48,950 nt of DNA from Candidatus Omnitrophota bacterium (GTDB lineage: Bacteria; Omnitrophota; Gorgyraeia; JAFGHF01): contig CP070837.1 in assembly GCA_020341815.1 (NCBI GenBank), forward strand, positions 387,196-436,145. The letters run 5' to 3'. Of the stretch, positions 26,301 through 37,953 are shown one piece after another (the stretch's first letter is position 1; each line of letters begins with the position of its first letter). Below the pieces are notes generated by a model that was not told the DNA's origin, made no database searches, and saw nothing but the letters and a program-made list of their open reading frames with translations. The position numbers were made by a program, and so were the translations under genes.

Positions 26301-27182
26301 ATGAAAGAAAATATTTCATCGGGCAGGATTTTAATTTTTGTATGCATAGTTTCTTTGCTGGTCTCCGGTTGCGCTCGGGAAGATAAGGTTGAGGTAAAAA
26401 GAGAGCTGGAAGAGGCGCCGGATGAGATGCTGTCGGTCTTTTCTTTAAGTGGTTATACTAAGGGCGGAAAAAAAGAATGGGATTTGGAGGGCAAAAGCGC
26501 TGATATAAGCCTTGAAGAGATTAAACTGAAGGATGTAACCGCCAAGCTTTACGGCAAGGATACCAATATGACCATTGTGGCAGATAAAGGCAGCCTCAAT
26601 CGGCTGAATAACAGCGTGCATTTGGAGAAGGATGTTGTAGTTACCTCTGACGATGGCGCTACTTTGACTACGGATTATCTGGACTGGGATGCCGAGGCGC
26701 AGAGGCTTGCCAGCGAGGCCCCGGTTTGGATAAAAAGAGGGATGATGGAGGCCGCCGGCATAGGCATTACGGCTCAACCGGTATTAAACCAGGTAGAATT
26801 AAAAAAGGATGTGACGGTAAAGATGTCTTTGGGAACTACCATTACCTGTAAAGGCGTTTTGGCGGTCGATTATCAAAAAAATCTGGCTATTTTTCAAGAT
26901 AACGTAAAAGTAAAGGATAAGCGGGGTGAGATTTTCGCCGATAAAATGGATATCTGTTTTGCCACCCAGAATGAAGAGGAAAAACAGTTAGAGGGCATGG
27001 AAGGCATGGGTATAGAAAAAGTTACGGCTGTCGGCTCGGTCCAGATACATCGCGCCGACAACATTACTTATAGCGAGCGAGCCGTCTATGATACAAATGA
27101 AGGCAGGCTTACTTTAACGGGACAGCCGAAACTTGTTATTTATTCTACAAAAGACTTCAGTCAGCTTATGGCAGGTGAATAA
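26301..27182 (+). CDS. LptC-like plus LptA/OstA-like two-domain LPS transport protein with a lipoprotein-type signal peptide
   Basis: Lipobox LLVSGC. aa ~40-165 show the LptC-like pattern (KLKDVTAKLYG...VHLEKDVVVTSDDGATLTTDYLDWD). aa ~170-285 show an OstA-like pattern (AIFQDNVKVKDKRGEIFADKM...AVGSVQIHRADNITYSERAVYD...LTLTGQPKL). Lies in the conserved position between kdsC and lptB. Confidence 0.6.
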   Translation: MKENISSGRILIFVCIVSLLVSGCAREDKVEVKRELEEAPDEMLSVFSLSGYTKGGKKEWDLEGKSADISLEEIKLKDVTAKLYGKDTNMTIVADKGSLNRLNNSVHLEKDVVVTSDDGATLTTDYLDWDAEAQRLASEAPVWIKRGMMEAAGIGITAQPVLNQVELKKDVTVKMSLGTTITCKGVLAVDYQKNLAIFQDNVKVKDKRGEIFADKMDICFATQNEEEKQLEGMEGMGIEKVTAVGSVQIHRADNITYSERAVYDTNEGRLTLTGQPKLVIYSTKDFSQLMAGE

Positions 27183-27183
27183 A

Positions 27184-27906
27184 ATGCATTTACTTAAGAC
27201 AGAAAATTTAATTAAATCTTATAACGGCCGGCGGGTAGTAAATCGGGTAAATATTACCGTGCAAAAGGCAGAAGTAGTCGGGCTCTTGGGCCCGAACGGG
27301 GCAGGAAAGACCACTACTTTTTATATGATTGTGGGAGTGGTTGCGCCGGAGAAGGGTAAAATCCTTTTTAACGATAAGAATATTACCCAGCTGGCTATGT
27401 ATCAACGCGCTCGCCGGGGAATTGGATATCTTGCCCAGGATACCTCTGTATTCCGTAAGCTCACGGTGGAAGAAAATATCATGGCGGTTCTGGAGACGCT
27501 GGATATTACCCGCAAGGAGCGTACGCGGCGCCTAAAAAGGCTCCTGGCAGAATTGAATATTTCGTACCTGGCTAAAAATAAGGCTTATACGCTTTCCGGA
27601 GGCGAAAGAAGAAGACTGGAGATAACCAGGGCCTTAGCTACCAATCCCAGTTTTATTCTATTGGATGAGCCCTTTAGCGGAATCGATCCTATTGCCGTAT
27701 TTGAGACCCAGGAGATTATAACCACTCTTAAGCAAAAAGGCCTGGGTGTTTTGCTCACAGACCATAGCGTGCGCGAGACCCTGGCTATAACCGACCGCGC
27801 CTATATTATGGCGGAGGGCAGAATCCTTATTTCAGGCACGGCGCAGGAATTGATTACAGACCCTAAGGCCAGAGAGATTTATCTTGGTGAAAAGTTCAGG
27901 ATGTAA
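27184..27906 (+). CDS. lptB: LPS export ABC transporter ATP-binding protein
   Basis: Walker A GPNGAGKTT and signature LSGGERRRLEI. Start at ATG 27184, just after the upstream stop. Confidence 0.9.
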   Translation: MHLLKTENLIKSYNGRRVVNRVNITVQKAEVVGLLGPNGAGKTTTFYMIVGVVAPEKGKILFNDKNITQLAMYQRARRGIGYLAQDTSVFRKLTVEENIMAVLETLDITRKERTRRLKRLLAELNISYLAKNKAYTLSGGERRRLEITRALATNPSFILLDEPFSGIDPIAVFETQEIITTLKQKGLGVLLTDHSVRETLAITDRAYIMAEGRILISGTAQELITDPKAREIYLGEKFRM

Positions 27907-27911
27907 ATTAA

Positions 27912-28892
27912 ATGAAGAGTAAAATTGAAAATAAAACCGGATGCCGAAGGACACTCAGCATCGAGGTATCCAATGATGACCTCAAGCAAGAGTTTGACCG
28001 CGTCTATGCGGAGATCGGAAACACCGCCCGTATTCCGGGTTTTCGTCCGGGTAAGGCTCCCCGGGATTTATTGGAGGCGAATTTTGGTCAAAAAGCCAAA
28101 GAAGAAGTAGTTAAACGGGCCATCCCCGCATATTACCTAAAAGCCGTCAAGGAAGAAAACCTGGTTCCCGTTGCGCCTCCCGAGATAAATAATGTGCAGT
28201 TTAAAAATGAGACACTTTTTTTCAATGCAACGGTTGATGTCGAACCTCAGGTAAAAATAAAATCATATAAGGACTTGAAAGTAATAAAGAAAAAGGTTAA
28301 AGTAGAGCAGGCTCAGGTAGATATGCTCCTGGATAGGTTGCAGAAGGCAAAACATGCCTCGGCCAAAGATGATGCCTTTGCCAAAAGCTTAGGTTTTCAA
28401 ACATTTCAGGAATTGGAGCAATCTGCCCGCAAAGATTTAGAGGCAAATGCCGAAAAAGAGATAAAGATGGATATGGAGCGGCAGATTTTAGATCAACTCT
28501 TAAAAAGGGCTACTATGGATGTGCCTGAATCGCTGGTGCATAGCCAGGGAAAAGAGTTGTTAAATCAAATAAAATTAAACCGGGTTTTACAAGGCACAAA
28601 AAAGGAAGAGGTTGAGTCTAAGGAAAAAGAGCTGGAGCTTCAGGCAAAAAATGAGGCTATCTATAGAATAAAGGTATTCTTTATTCTGGAGAAGATTGCC
28701 GAGATGGAAAATATCCAGCTCAGCGAAGAAGATCTCCATGAAAGAATAGCCGGTATTTCGCACAGCTCAGGCAAGAGCGAAAAGGAAGTGATGGAATATC
28801 TGGAAAAACAGAATCTCCTGGCGAGTCTTAAGGCAGAAACAAGAAGCAGAAAGATTATGAAGTTTTTGTTGGCAAATGTTAAAATAGAATGA
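27912..28892 (+). CDS. tig: Trigger factor lacking the FKBP-type PPIase domain
   Basis: Ribosome-binding motif GFRPGKAP in the N-domain and a C-terminal arm domain. At 326 aa, the sequence passes from the linker (VDMLLDRLQKAKH) straight into the C-domain. Confidence 0.8.
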   Translation: MKSKIENKTGCRRTLSIEVSNDDLKQEFDRVYAEIGNTARIPGFRPGKAPRDLLEANFGQKAKEEVVKRAIPAYYLKAVKEENLVPVAPPEINNVQFKNETLFFNATVDVEPQVKIKSYKDLKVIKKKVKVEQAQVDMLLDRLQKAKHASAKDDAFAKSLGFQTFQELEQSARKDLEANAEKEIKMDMERQILDQLLKRATMDVPESLVHSQGKELLNQIKLNRVLQGTKKEEVESKEKELELQAKNEAIYRIKVFFILEKIAEMENIQLSEEDLHERIAGISHSSGKSEKEVMEYLEKQNLLASLKAETRSRKIMKFLLANVKIE

Positions 28893-28978
28893 CACTGAAA
28901 GCACTGAGTAAATAATACTGAGGACACTGAAGTAAAATCTTCAGTGGTTTCAGTGTAATAATTTCAGTGACCTCAGTG
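28893..28978 (+). repeat. Palindromic array of CACTGAR units (4 forward, 4 inverted) starting directly at the tig stop codon
   Basis: Forward units CACTGAA at 28893, CACTGAG at 28902, ACTGAG at 28917 and CACTGAAG at 28925. Loop TAAAAT. Inverted units CTTCAGTG at 28939, TTTCAGTG at 28948, TTTCAGTG at 28962 and CTCAGTG at 28972. Confidence 0.85.
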
Positions 28979-28993
28979 AGAAAAGGAGGAAAA

Positions 28994-29608
28994 ATGACAA
29001 ACTACGCTCAGGGCCTTGTGCCCATAGTAGTCGAACAGACGCCCAAGGGAGAAAGGGCATATGACATTTACTCCCGCCTGCTTAAAGACCGGATTATTTT
29101 TATCGGCAGTATCGTTAATGATATCATAGCCAATATAGTTATAGCACAGATGCTTTTCTTGCAGATGGATGACCCCGACAGAGAAATCAATGTCTATATC
29201 AATTCTCCCGGGGGAATAGTTACCTCAGGTCTGGCTATCTATGACACCATGCAGTTTGTCAAGCCCGATGTTTGCACTTATTGTGTGGGCCAGGCTACCA
29301 GTATGGGCGCCGTACTTCTGGCCGCCGGCGCAAAAGGAAAAAGATATGCCCTTCCTCATTCCCGGGTGATGATTCATCAGCCTTGGGGTGGCGTGCAGGG
29401 AGCAGCTGCGGATATCAGTATTCAGGCAAAAGAAATCTTGACCCTTCGCGATAGGCTTTACGATATTTTGGTCAGACACACAGGACAGTCTATGGATAAG
29501 ATTAAGAAGGACTGTGATAGAGATTTCTTTATGTCTGCTGATGAAGCCGAGAATTACGGCCTTGTGGATGAGGTAATTACAGGCGGAAAGGCTAAGAAAA
29601 GAAGATAA
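28994..29608 (+). CDS. clpP: ATP-dependent Clp protease proteolytic subunit
   Basis: [14 protein letters not shown] (catalytic Ser) and MIHQP (His) motifs. ATG 28994 is preceded by AAGGAGG. Confidence 0.95.
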   Translation: MTNYAQGLVPIVVEQTPKGERAYDIYSRLLKDRIIFIGSIVNDIIANIVIAQMLFLQMDDPDREINVYINSPGGIVTSGLAIYDTMQFVKPDVCTYCVGQATSMGAVLLAAGAKGKRYALPHSRVMIHQPWGGVQGAAADISIQAKEILTLRDRLYDILVRHTGQSMDKIKKDCDRDFFMSADEAENYGLVDEVITGGKAKKRR

Positions 29609-29621
29609 GCGAGGTTCGCCA

Positions 29622-30773
29622 ATGAAGAAATACCTGCTTACTCCCGGACCGACGCCCCTTCCGGATGAGGTGCGCAAGGCTTTAGCTCTGCCGATTATTC
29701 ATCACCGCACGCCCGAGTTCCAAAAGATATTTATTCGGGTTAATGAGGGGCTGAAGTATCTCTTTCAGACCCAGAATGATATATTTACTTTTGCCGGTTC
29801 CGGAACAGCGGCAATGGAGGCGGCGGTAGTTAATCTACTTTCTGCGAATGATACGGCAATAGCGGTTTGCGGGGGTAAGTTTGGCGAGCGTTGGCGTGAA
29901 ATCTGCCAGGCTTATAATGTGAAGGTTATATCTATCGATGTAGAGTGGGGAAAGGCAGTCGAACCTGCTGAAATTAAACGGCTGCTCGCAGAACATAAAG
30001 AGACCAAAGCCGTATTTACCACTTTGTGTGAGACCTCTACGGGCGTAACCAACGATATTAAAACTATCGCCGAAATAGTGAAGGCATCACCCGCAGCATT
30101 GGTCGTGGATGCCGTCAGCGGCCTGGGCGCAGAGGAATTGCAAACCGATAAATGGGGTGTGGACTGTGTCGTGGCCGGCTCGCAAAAGGCAATGATGCTT
30201 CCGCCGGGTTTGAGTTTCTGCAGCATAAGTCCCAAGGCGCGTAAAGCGATTGAAAGCTCAAAGCTGCCCAAATATTATTTTGATTTGCGAAAGGCAAAGA
30301 AGGCGCTGGATAAATCGGATACGACTTTTACGCCCCCGGTCTCCCTGATTGTTGCTTTGGCCGAGGCCCTAGATTTAATCAAAAAAGAAGGCCTGGAGAA
30401 TGTTTTCAAAAGACACAAAATAATGGCCGAGAGCGCCCGAGGCGCCCTTTTGGCTTTGGGCTTTAAGCTTTTTTCGGAAACTTTTTGCAATGTAGTAACG
30501 GCAGCTTATACTCCGGAAGGAATTGACAGCACGCAACTGGTAAAATTGCTGCGTGATAAATACGGAGTGAGCATTGCCAACGGACAGGAGCAATTTAAAG
30601 GCAAACTCATCCGCCTTGCCCATCTGGGATATATTCAACCTTCCGATATAATAACGGGAATTTCTGCAATAGAAAAAGCCTTATCTGAATTAGGGTATAA
30701 GGTAGAATCAAAAAAAAGCGTTCACGCCGCAGAGCGGATATTCGATAATTATTTTAAAGGAGCGAAAAAATGA
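29622..30773 (+). CDS. Class-V pyridoxal-phosphate aminotransferase (serine-pyruvate / phosphoserine aminotransferase type)
   Basis: 383 aa with GSGTAAMEAAVVNLL and SQKAMMLPPGLSF (PLP-Lys region). Overlaps serA by 4 nt, consistent with a role in serine synthesis. Confidence 0.8.
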   Translation: MKKYLLTPGPTPLPDEVRKALALPIIHHRTPEFQKIFIRVNEGLKYLFQTQNDIFTFAGSGTAAMEAAVVNLLSANDTAIAVCGGKFGERWREICQAYNVKVISIDVEWGKAVEPAEIKRLLAEHKETKAVFTTLCETSTGVTNDIKTIAEIVKASPAALVVDAVSGLGAEELQTDKWGVDCVVAGSQKAMMLPPGLSFCSISPKARKAIESSKLPKYYFDLRKAKKALDKSDTTFTPPVSLIVALAEALDLIKKEGLENVFKRHKIMAESARGALLALGFKLFSETFCNVVTAAYTPEGIDSTQLVKLLRDKYGVSIANGQEQFKGKLIRLAHLGYIQPSDIITGISAIEKALSELGYKVESKKSVHAAERIFDNYFKGAKK

Positions 30774-32350
30774 AGGTTCTGGTAAGTGATAAGCTTGCCC
30801 CCGAGGGTCTGGCAGTCTTTAAAAAGGAAAAAGGTATTCAGGTGGATGTAAAGACGGGCCTTTCTCATGATGAATTGAAGAAGATTATCCGCGATTATGA
30901 CGGCCTGATTGTGCGCAGTTCCACCAAAGTGACCAAAGATATAATCGCAGCGGGAAAAAAATTGAAGATTATCGGCCGCGCCGGAGTAGGCCTGGATAAC
31001 ATTGATGTAGAGGCGGCCTCAAGAGGCGGAATTGTGGTGATGAATGCACCCGGTGGAAATACTATTTCTACTGCAGAGCACACGCTGAGCATGATTTTAG
31101 CACTTTCGCGCAATATTCCCTTGGCATGCCTTTCCTTAAGAGAAGGCCGCTGGGACAGGAAAAAATTTATGGGCGTAGAGTTATACGGTAAAATCTTGGG
31201 GGTTATCGGCCTGGGCAGAATTGGTATTGAGGTGGCCAGGCGGGCAATGAGCTTCGGAATGAAGGTCTTGGCGTTTGATCCCTATCTTTCCTTAGATAAA
31301 GTAAAAACCCTCAATGTCGAAGCGGTTGATTTGAAAAAACTTCTTAAACAATCCGACTATATTAGTATCCACACACCCTTGACAGATGAGACCAAACACC
31401 TGATTTCCGATAAAGAAATGTCTTTAATGAAAAAAGGTGTGCGGCTTGTCAATTGCGCCCGGGGCGGCATCATTGATGAGGAGGCTCTCTTTAAAAATCT
31501 AAAATCCGGCAGGATTGCCGGTTGCGCTTTAGACGTCTATGAAAAAGAACCTCCTTTACATAGCCCTCTTTTGAAATTGGATAATGTAGTTGCTACACCT
31601 CACCTGGGGGCCTCTACAGAAGAGGCACAGGTGCATGTAGCTATTGATATGGCAAAACAAATCTCCGATGGCCTGATGGGCCGGGGGATGTGCAATGCGG
31701 TTAACGCTCCCTGTCTGAGGCCTGAAGTTGCAGAACTGCTTAAGCCATATGTTGCTTTAGCCGAGAGGCTCGGCTCTCTGCAAAGTCAGCTTGTTAGCGG
31801 ACAAATTAGCCGGGTAAAGATTGAATACAGAGGAGATATAGGAGGGTATGAGACCGCCCCCATAACGGTTGCCTGTATTAAAGGATTGCTTACGCCTTTT
31901 ATGGGTGATACGGTCAATTATGTTAACGCCTGTGTCCTGGCTAAGGATAGAGGTATAGCCGTAGAGGAAACCAAGACAGAGAGAATAGAAAACTTTGCCA
32001 ATCTGATTGCTGTCAAGGTCGCGACCTCAAAAGAGGAATTGGATGTCTGGGGCACGATTTTTGCCAGGGAAGATGCGCGCATAGTAAAGATTGATAAATA
32101 TTATGTGGAGGCGCATCCGAAAGGATATATGCTGATAATCAGAAATCGCGACCTGCCCGGTATAGTAGGGCATATCGGCACTCTCTTAGGCCAGAATAGA
32201 ATTAATATTGCCGAGATGACCTTTGGGCGGGAGAAGCCCGGGGGAGCGGCAATTACGGTATTAAATGTGGACAGTTCCGTGCCTGCCGGAGTTTTAGAAA
32301 AAATAAAGAAGGCCAAAAATATATTTGATGCAAAATTAATTAAATTATAA
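30770..32350 (+). CDS. serA: D-3-phosphoglycerate dehydrogenase (long form with ASB and ACT domains)
   Basis: 526 aa. GVIGLGRIGIEVA NAD motif and a C-terminal ACT-like domain (LIIRNRDLPGIVGHIGTLLG). Confidence 0.9.
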   Translation: MKVLVSDKLAPEGLAVFKKEKGIQVDVKTGLSHDELKKIIRDYDGLIVRSSTKVTKDIIAAGKKLKIIGRAGVGLDNIDVEAASRGGIVVMNAPGGNTISTAEHTLSMILALSRNIPLACLSLREGRWDRKKFMGVELYGKILGVIGLGRIGIEVARRAMSFGMKVLAFDPYLSLDKVKTLNVEAVDLKKLLKQSDYISIHTPLTDETKHLISDKEMSLMKKGVRLVNCARGGIIDEEALFKNLKSGRIAGCALDVYEKEPPLHSPLLKLDNVVATPHLGASTEEAQVHVAIDMAKQISDGLMGRGMCNAVNAPCLRPEVAELLKPYVALAERLGSLQSQLVSGQISRVKIEYRGDIGGYETAPITVACIKGLLTPFMGDTVNYVNACVLAKDRGIAVEETKTERIENFANLIAVKVATSKEELDVWGTIFAREDARIVKIDKYYVEAHPKGYMLIIRNRDLPGIVGHIGTLLGQNRINIAEMTFGREKPGGAAITVLNVDSSVPAGVLEKIKKAKNIFDAKLIKL

Positions 32351-32442
32351 TAGTTCGTAGTTCATAGTTCGTGGTTCATAGATTTTTATCTTTTGTCTAT
32401 GAACTATGAACTCATAACTATGAACCATTTTGATTTATTTTT
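32351..32442 (+). terminator. Long hairpin built from TAGTTCR heptamer arrays (4 forward, 4 inverted) plus a T-rich tail; probable serA terminator
   Basis: TAGTTCG TAGTTCA TAGTTCG TGGTTCA TAGA, then a 13-nt loop, then TCTA TGAACTA TGAACTC ATAACTA TGAACCA, then TTTTGATTTATTTTT. It starts at the first base after the TAA stop. Confidence 0.55.
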
Positions 32443-32460
32443 AAAGAAAGGCAAAATAAG

Positions 32461-34991
<2,531 letters not shown>

Positions 34992-35012
34992 AAAAATGAC
35001 GAGGTTATCGAC

Positions 35013-37100
35013 ATGATTTTACTTGCTCCCATAGGTTCGGTATTAGCACTTTTGTTCGCCGCATATTTAATTTCGACTATTCTTAAGCAGGATGAAGGAA
35101 CAGAGAAGATGAAAAAGATTGCCTCCTGGGTAAGGGAGGGATCTTTGGCTTACATCAAGAGACAGTATAGCACCGTGGGATTTTTCTTTTTAGTAGTTTT
35201 TCTGCTTTTATTTTTACTTGTGCGCAAAGGGTATCTGACGATGTTTGTGCCTTTTGCCTTTTTAAGCGGCGGATTTTTCTCCGCTTTTTCCGGTTTTCTG
35301 GGGATGTGGATTGCCACCCGGGCCTCATCGCGTACAACTTCGGCGGCACGACATAGTCTAAATGGGGCGCTGCGTATTGCTTTTTCCAGCGGCACGGTAA
35401 TGGGGCTTGTGGTTGTAGGCCTGGGGCTTCTGGATTTAAGCGCCTGGTATTTTATTTTAAACTGGTATTATTCGACCCATGCCCTGCCCCTGCATATGAC
35501 CAAGATCGCCGCTATTACCTCCACCATGCTTACCTTTGAAATGGGTGCAAGTCTCTATGCCCTTTTTGCCAGAGTAGGCGGAGGGATATTTACCAAGGCG
35601 GCCGATGTGGGCGCGGATTTGGTAGGCAAGGTGGAGGCGGGTATTCCGGAGGATGACCCGCGCAACCCCGCAGTAATTGCCGATAATGTTGGTGATAATG
35701 TCGGCGATATCGCCGGTATGGGTGCCGACCTTTATGAGTCCTATGTCGGCTCGATAGTAGCGACTATGGCCTTGGCGGCGGTGGCGGGATTAGGGTTGGC
35801 TGGCGTAACCGTGCCTTTGATTCTGGCTTGCATTGGTGTTATCTCTTCTATTATCGGAACCTTTTTTGTGCGCTCGAAAGGCGAGCCTTCGCAGGAGGTT
35901 TTGCTTAAGGCTTTGAGACGGGGAGTATTTATCAGCGCAGCAGCGATTGCGGTGTTTTCTTTTCCGGTCATAAAATATACTTTGGGTATGGAGCACATCG
36001 GTGTCTATGGTGCAGTGATTACAGGCCTGGTTTGCGGAATACTCATTGGTTTATCTACGGAGTTTTTTACCTCTTATAAATATGGTCCTACCCGGGGCGT
36101 GGCTTCCGAGGCACTCACCGGCCCGGCAACTGTAATCATTGCGGGCCTATCTTGCGGTATGGGCTCTACGGCTATCCCTATTTTAGTAGTTGGTGCGGCC
36201 ATCTTCGGCAGTTATTATCTTGCCGGAGGGGCAGCCAGTTTTGACAGCGGTGTTTACGGCGTGGGAATTGCGGCGGTAGGTATGCTTTCTACATTGGGGA
36301 TAACTTTGGCTTCCGATGCCTACGGTCCGGTTGCCGATAATGCCGGCGGCAATGCCCAGATGGCGGGTGAGCCCGAATATGTCAGAGAGCGCACCGATGC
36401 TTTGGACTCTTTGGGTAACACTACCGCTGCTACAGGTAAAGGATTCGCTATCGGCTCAGCGGCCTTGACGGCCTTGGCCTTGATTGCCGCTTATCGCGAT
36501 GAAATACTGCTTTTGGGCAAGAAAATAGACCTGTCACTCTTGAACCCGCATGTGCTTGTAGGCCTTTTTATAGGCGGTATGCTTCCTTTTGCATTTTCTT
36601 CCTTAACTATGCGTGCGGTGGGTCGGGCGGCAGGTAAGATAGTGGTAGAGGTGCGCCGTCAGTTTAAAGAGATTGTCGGGCTGATGGAAGGCAAAGCCGA
36701 GGCCGATTATGCCAGATGCGTAGATATCGCTACTGTTACCGCCCAAAAAGAGATGATTTTACCTTCCCTTTTGGCTATACTTACTCCTTTACTTGTAGGT
36801 CTCCTCGGGGGAGTTGCCTCGGCGGTAGGACTTTTGACCGGAGCGCTAGTTTGCGGGTTTGTTCTGGCGGTAATGATGGCCAATTCCGGAGGGGCCTGGG
36901 ACAACGCTAAGAAGTATATTGAAAGCGGAAAACACGGAGGCAAAGGCTCATTAGCCCATAAGGCCAGTGTTGTGGGTGATACCGTGGGCGATCCTTTTAA
37001 AGATACGGCCGGTCCTTCTTTGAATATTTTAATTAAGCTTATGTCCATGGTCTCGGTAGTATTTGCTTCTTTTGTAGTCGCCAATACATTGATTAAGTAA
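35013..37100 (+). CDS. hppA: Membrane-bound ion-translocating pyrophosphatase
   Basis: 695 aa with about 16 TM segments. DNVGDNVGD and [18 protein letters not shown] motifs. Ala in GNTTAA suggests the K+-dependent subfamily (from memory of published determinants). Confidence 0.95.
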   Translation: MILLAPIGSVLALLFAAYLISTILKQDEGTEKMKKIASWVREGSLAYIKRQYSTVGFFFLVVFLLLFLLVRKGYLTMFVPFAFLSGGFFSAFSGFLGMWIATRASSRTTSAARHSLNGALRIAFSSGTVMGLVVVGLGLLDLSAWYFILNWYYSTHALPLHMTKIAAITSTMLTFEMGASLYALFARVGGGIFTKAADVGADLVGKVEAGIPEDDPRNPAVIADNVGDNVGDIAGMGADLYESYVGSIVATMALAAVAGLGLAGVTVPLILACIGVISSIIGTFFVRSKGEPSQEVLLKALRRGVFISAAAIAVFSFPVIKYTLGMEHIGVYGAVITGLVCGILIGLSTEFFTSYKYGPTRGVASEALTGPATVIIAGLSCGMGSTAIPILVVGAAIFGSYYLAGGAASFDSGVYGVGIAAVGMLSTLGITLASDAYGPVADNAGGNAQMAGEPEYVRERTDALDSLGNTTAATGKGFAIGSAALTALALIAAYRDEILLLGKKIDLSLLNPHVLVGLFIGGMLPFAFSSLTMRAVGRAAGKIVVEVRRQFKEIVGLMEGKAEADYARCVDIATVTAQKEMILPSLLAILTPLLVGLLGGVASAVGLLTGALVCGFVLAVMMANSGGAWDNAKKYIESGKHGGKGSLAHKASVVGDTVGDPFKDTAGPSLNILIKLMSMVSVVFASFVVANTLIK

Positions 37101-37112
37101 GCGCAATTTTTC

Positions 37113-37141
37113 TTGACTTTGTATTGTCGGGGTGTTATAGT
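37113..37141 (+). promoter_or_regulatory. Candidate sigma70-type promoter for the OmpA-like gene
   Basis: TTGACT (37113-37118), 17-nt spacer, TATAGT (37136-37141). Confidence 0.55.
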
Positions 37142-37201
37142 TAAAAATTATAGATAGACAAAAATATAAGTTATGGACATCGAACTAAACGGAGGTGAGA
37201 G

Positions 37202-37867
37202 ATGAAATATTTTTTAAAGACGTCCGTTAAGGTTTTATTTATATTCTGCTTGGTTATCAGTTTAGGCGGTTGCACGGTAGTCCTGCAAAAAAGGCACACC
37301 AGCGACGTAGAAAGAATCGAGTCTTTAAGCGATCAGGTAAAAAGACTCAAGATGACGGAAGAGGAGCTGCTTAAGCTTAGAGAGGCCTATAATGCTTTAG
37401 AGAAGAGCCTGAAGAGAGAAATCGAAGATAAGAAGGTGAGTTTAGGCATAGAGGAAAGAGGCCTGGTAATTACTTTTGTAGATAGCGTGCTTTTTAATTC
37501 CGGGAAGGCCGAGCTCCGAGCCGAGGCCAACAGAACCCTGGATAAAGTTGCTAATGTCTGCCGCAGAGTAGTAGCGAATAGAGAAATAGGCATAGAGGGT
37601 CACACCGATAATCAGCCGATTAGATATTCGGGATGGGAGTCCAATTGGGAGCTTTCCACTGCCCGGGCCACCAGCGTGTTGCATTATCTGGTAAAGAAAG
37701 GCATTTCTCCCGAGCGCATCTCAGCCACAGGTTTTGGTAAATATCGTCCCGTGGCCACAAATGAAACCGTTGAGGGGCGTCAGAAAAACAGAAGAGTAGA
37801 AATTGTAATTTTGCCCAAGAGGATAAGCCGAATGCGGCAGGGGGCTCAGGGCAGATATAAAAAGTAA
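37202..37867 (+). CDS. OmpA/MotB-domain lipoprotein (peptidoglycan-associated)
   Basis: Lipobox ISLGGC and a coiled-coil-like linker. C-terminal GHTDNQPI...NWELSTARATSVLHYL...NRRVEIVI OmpA-like domain. Confidence 0.75.
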   Translation: MKYFLKTSVKVLFIFCLVISLGGCTVVLQKRHTSDVERIESLSDQVKRLKMTEEELLKLREAYNALEKSLKREIEDKKVSLGIEERGLVITFVDSVLFNSGKAELRAEANRTLDKVANVCRRVVANREIGIEGHTDNQPIRYSGWESNWELSTARATSVLHYLVKKGISPERISATGFGKYRPVATNETVEGRQKNRRVEIVILPKRISRMRQGAQGRYKK

Positions 37868-37906
37868 TATACCATATATCACATAATGTTTAGATCTTAG
37901 AGTCTT

Positions 37907-37941
37907 ATGGGGGATAGGGTAAGGACATCCCCCATATTTTT
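37907..37941 (+). terminator. Rho-independent terminator
   Basis: ATGGGGGAT (37907-37915), 11-nt loop, ATCCCCCAT (37927-37935), followed by ATTTTT. Confidence 0.8.
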
Positions 37942-37953
37942 AACTTATAAATT

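Noticed and set aside
28893-28993. Possible CIRCE (HrcA) or CtsR operator upstream of clpP, suggested by AGCACTGAG-N9-ACTGAGGAC.
   Set aside because: CIRCE is an inverted repeat TTAGCACTC-N9-GAGTGCTAA. Here the two halves are direct, not inverted, and do not match. The CtsR heptad (GGTCAAA) is absent.
32351-32427. CRISPR array or a degenerate CRISPR-like array, considered for the heptamer repeats here and at 28893-28978 and 42241-42274.
   Set aside because: The units are 7-9 nt, contiguous and without spacers, and no cas genes are present. They are microsatellite-like or palindromic arrays.
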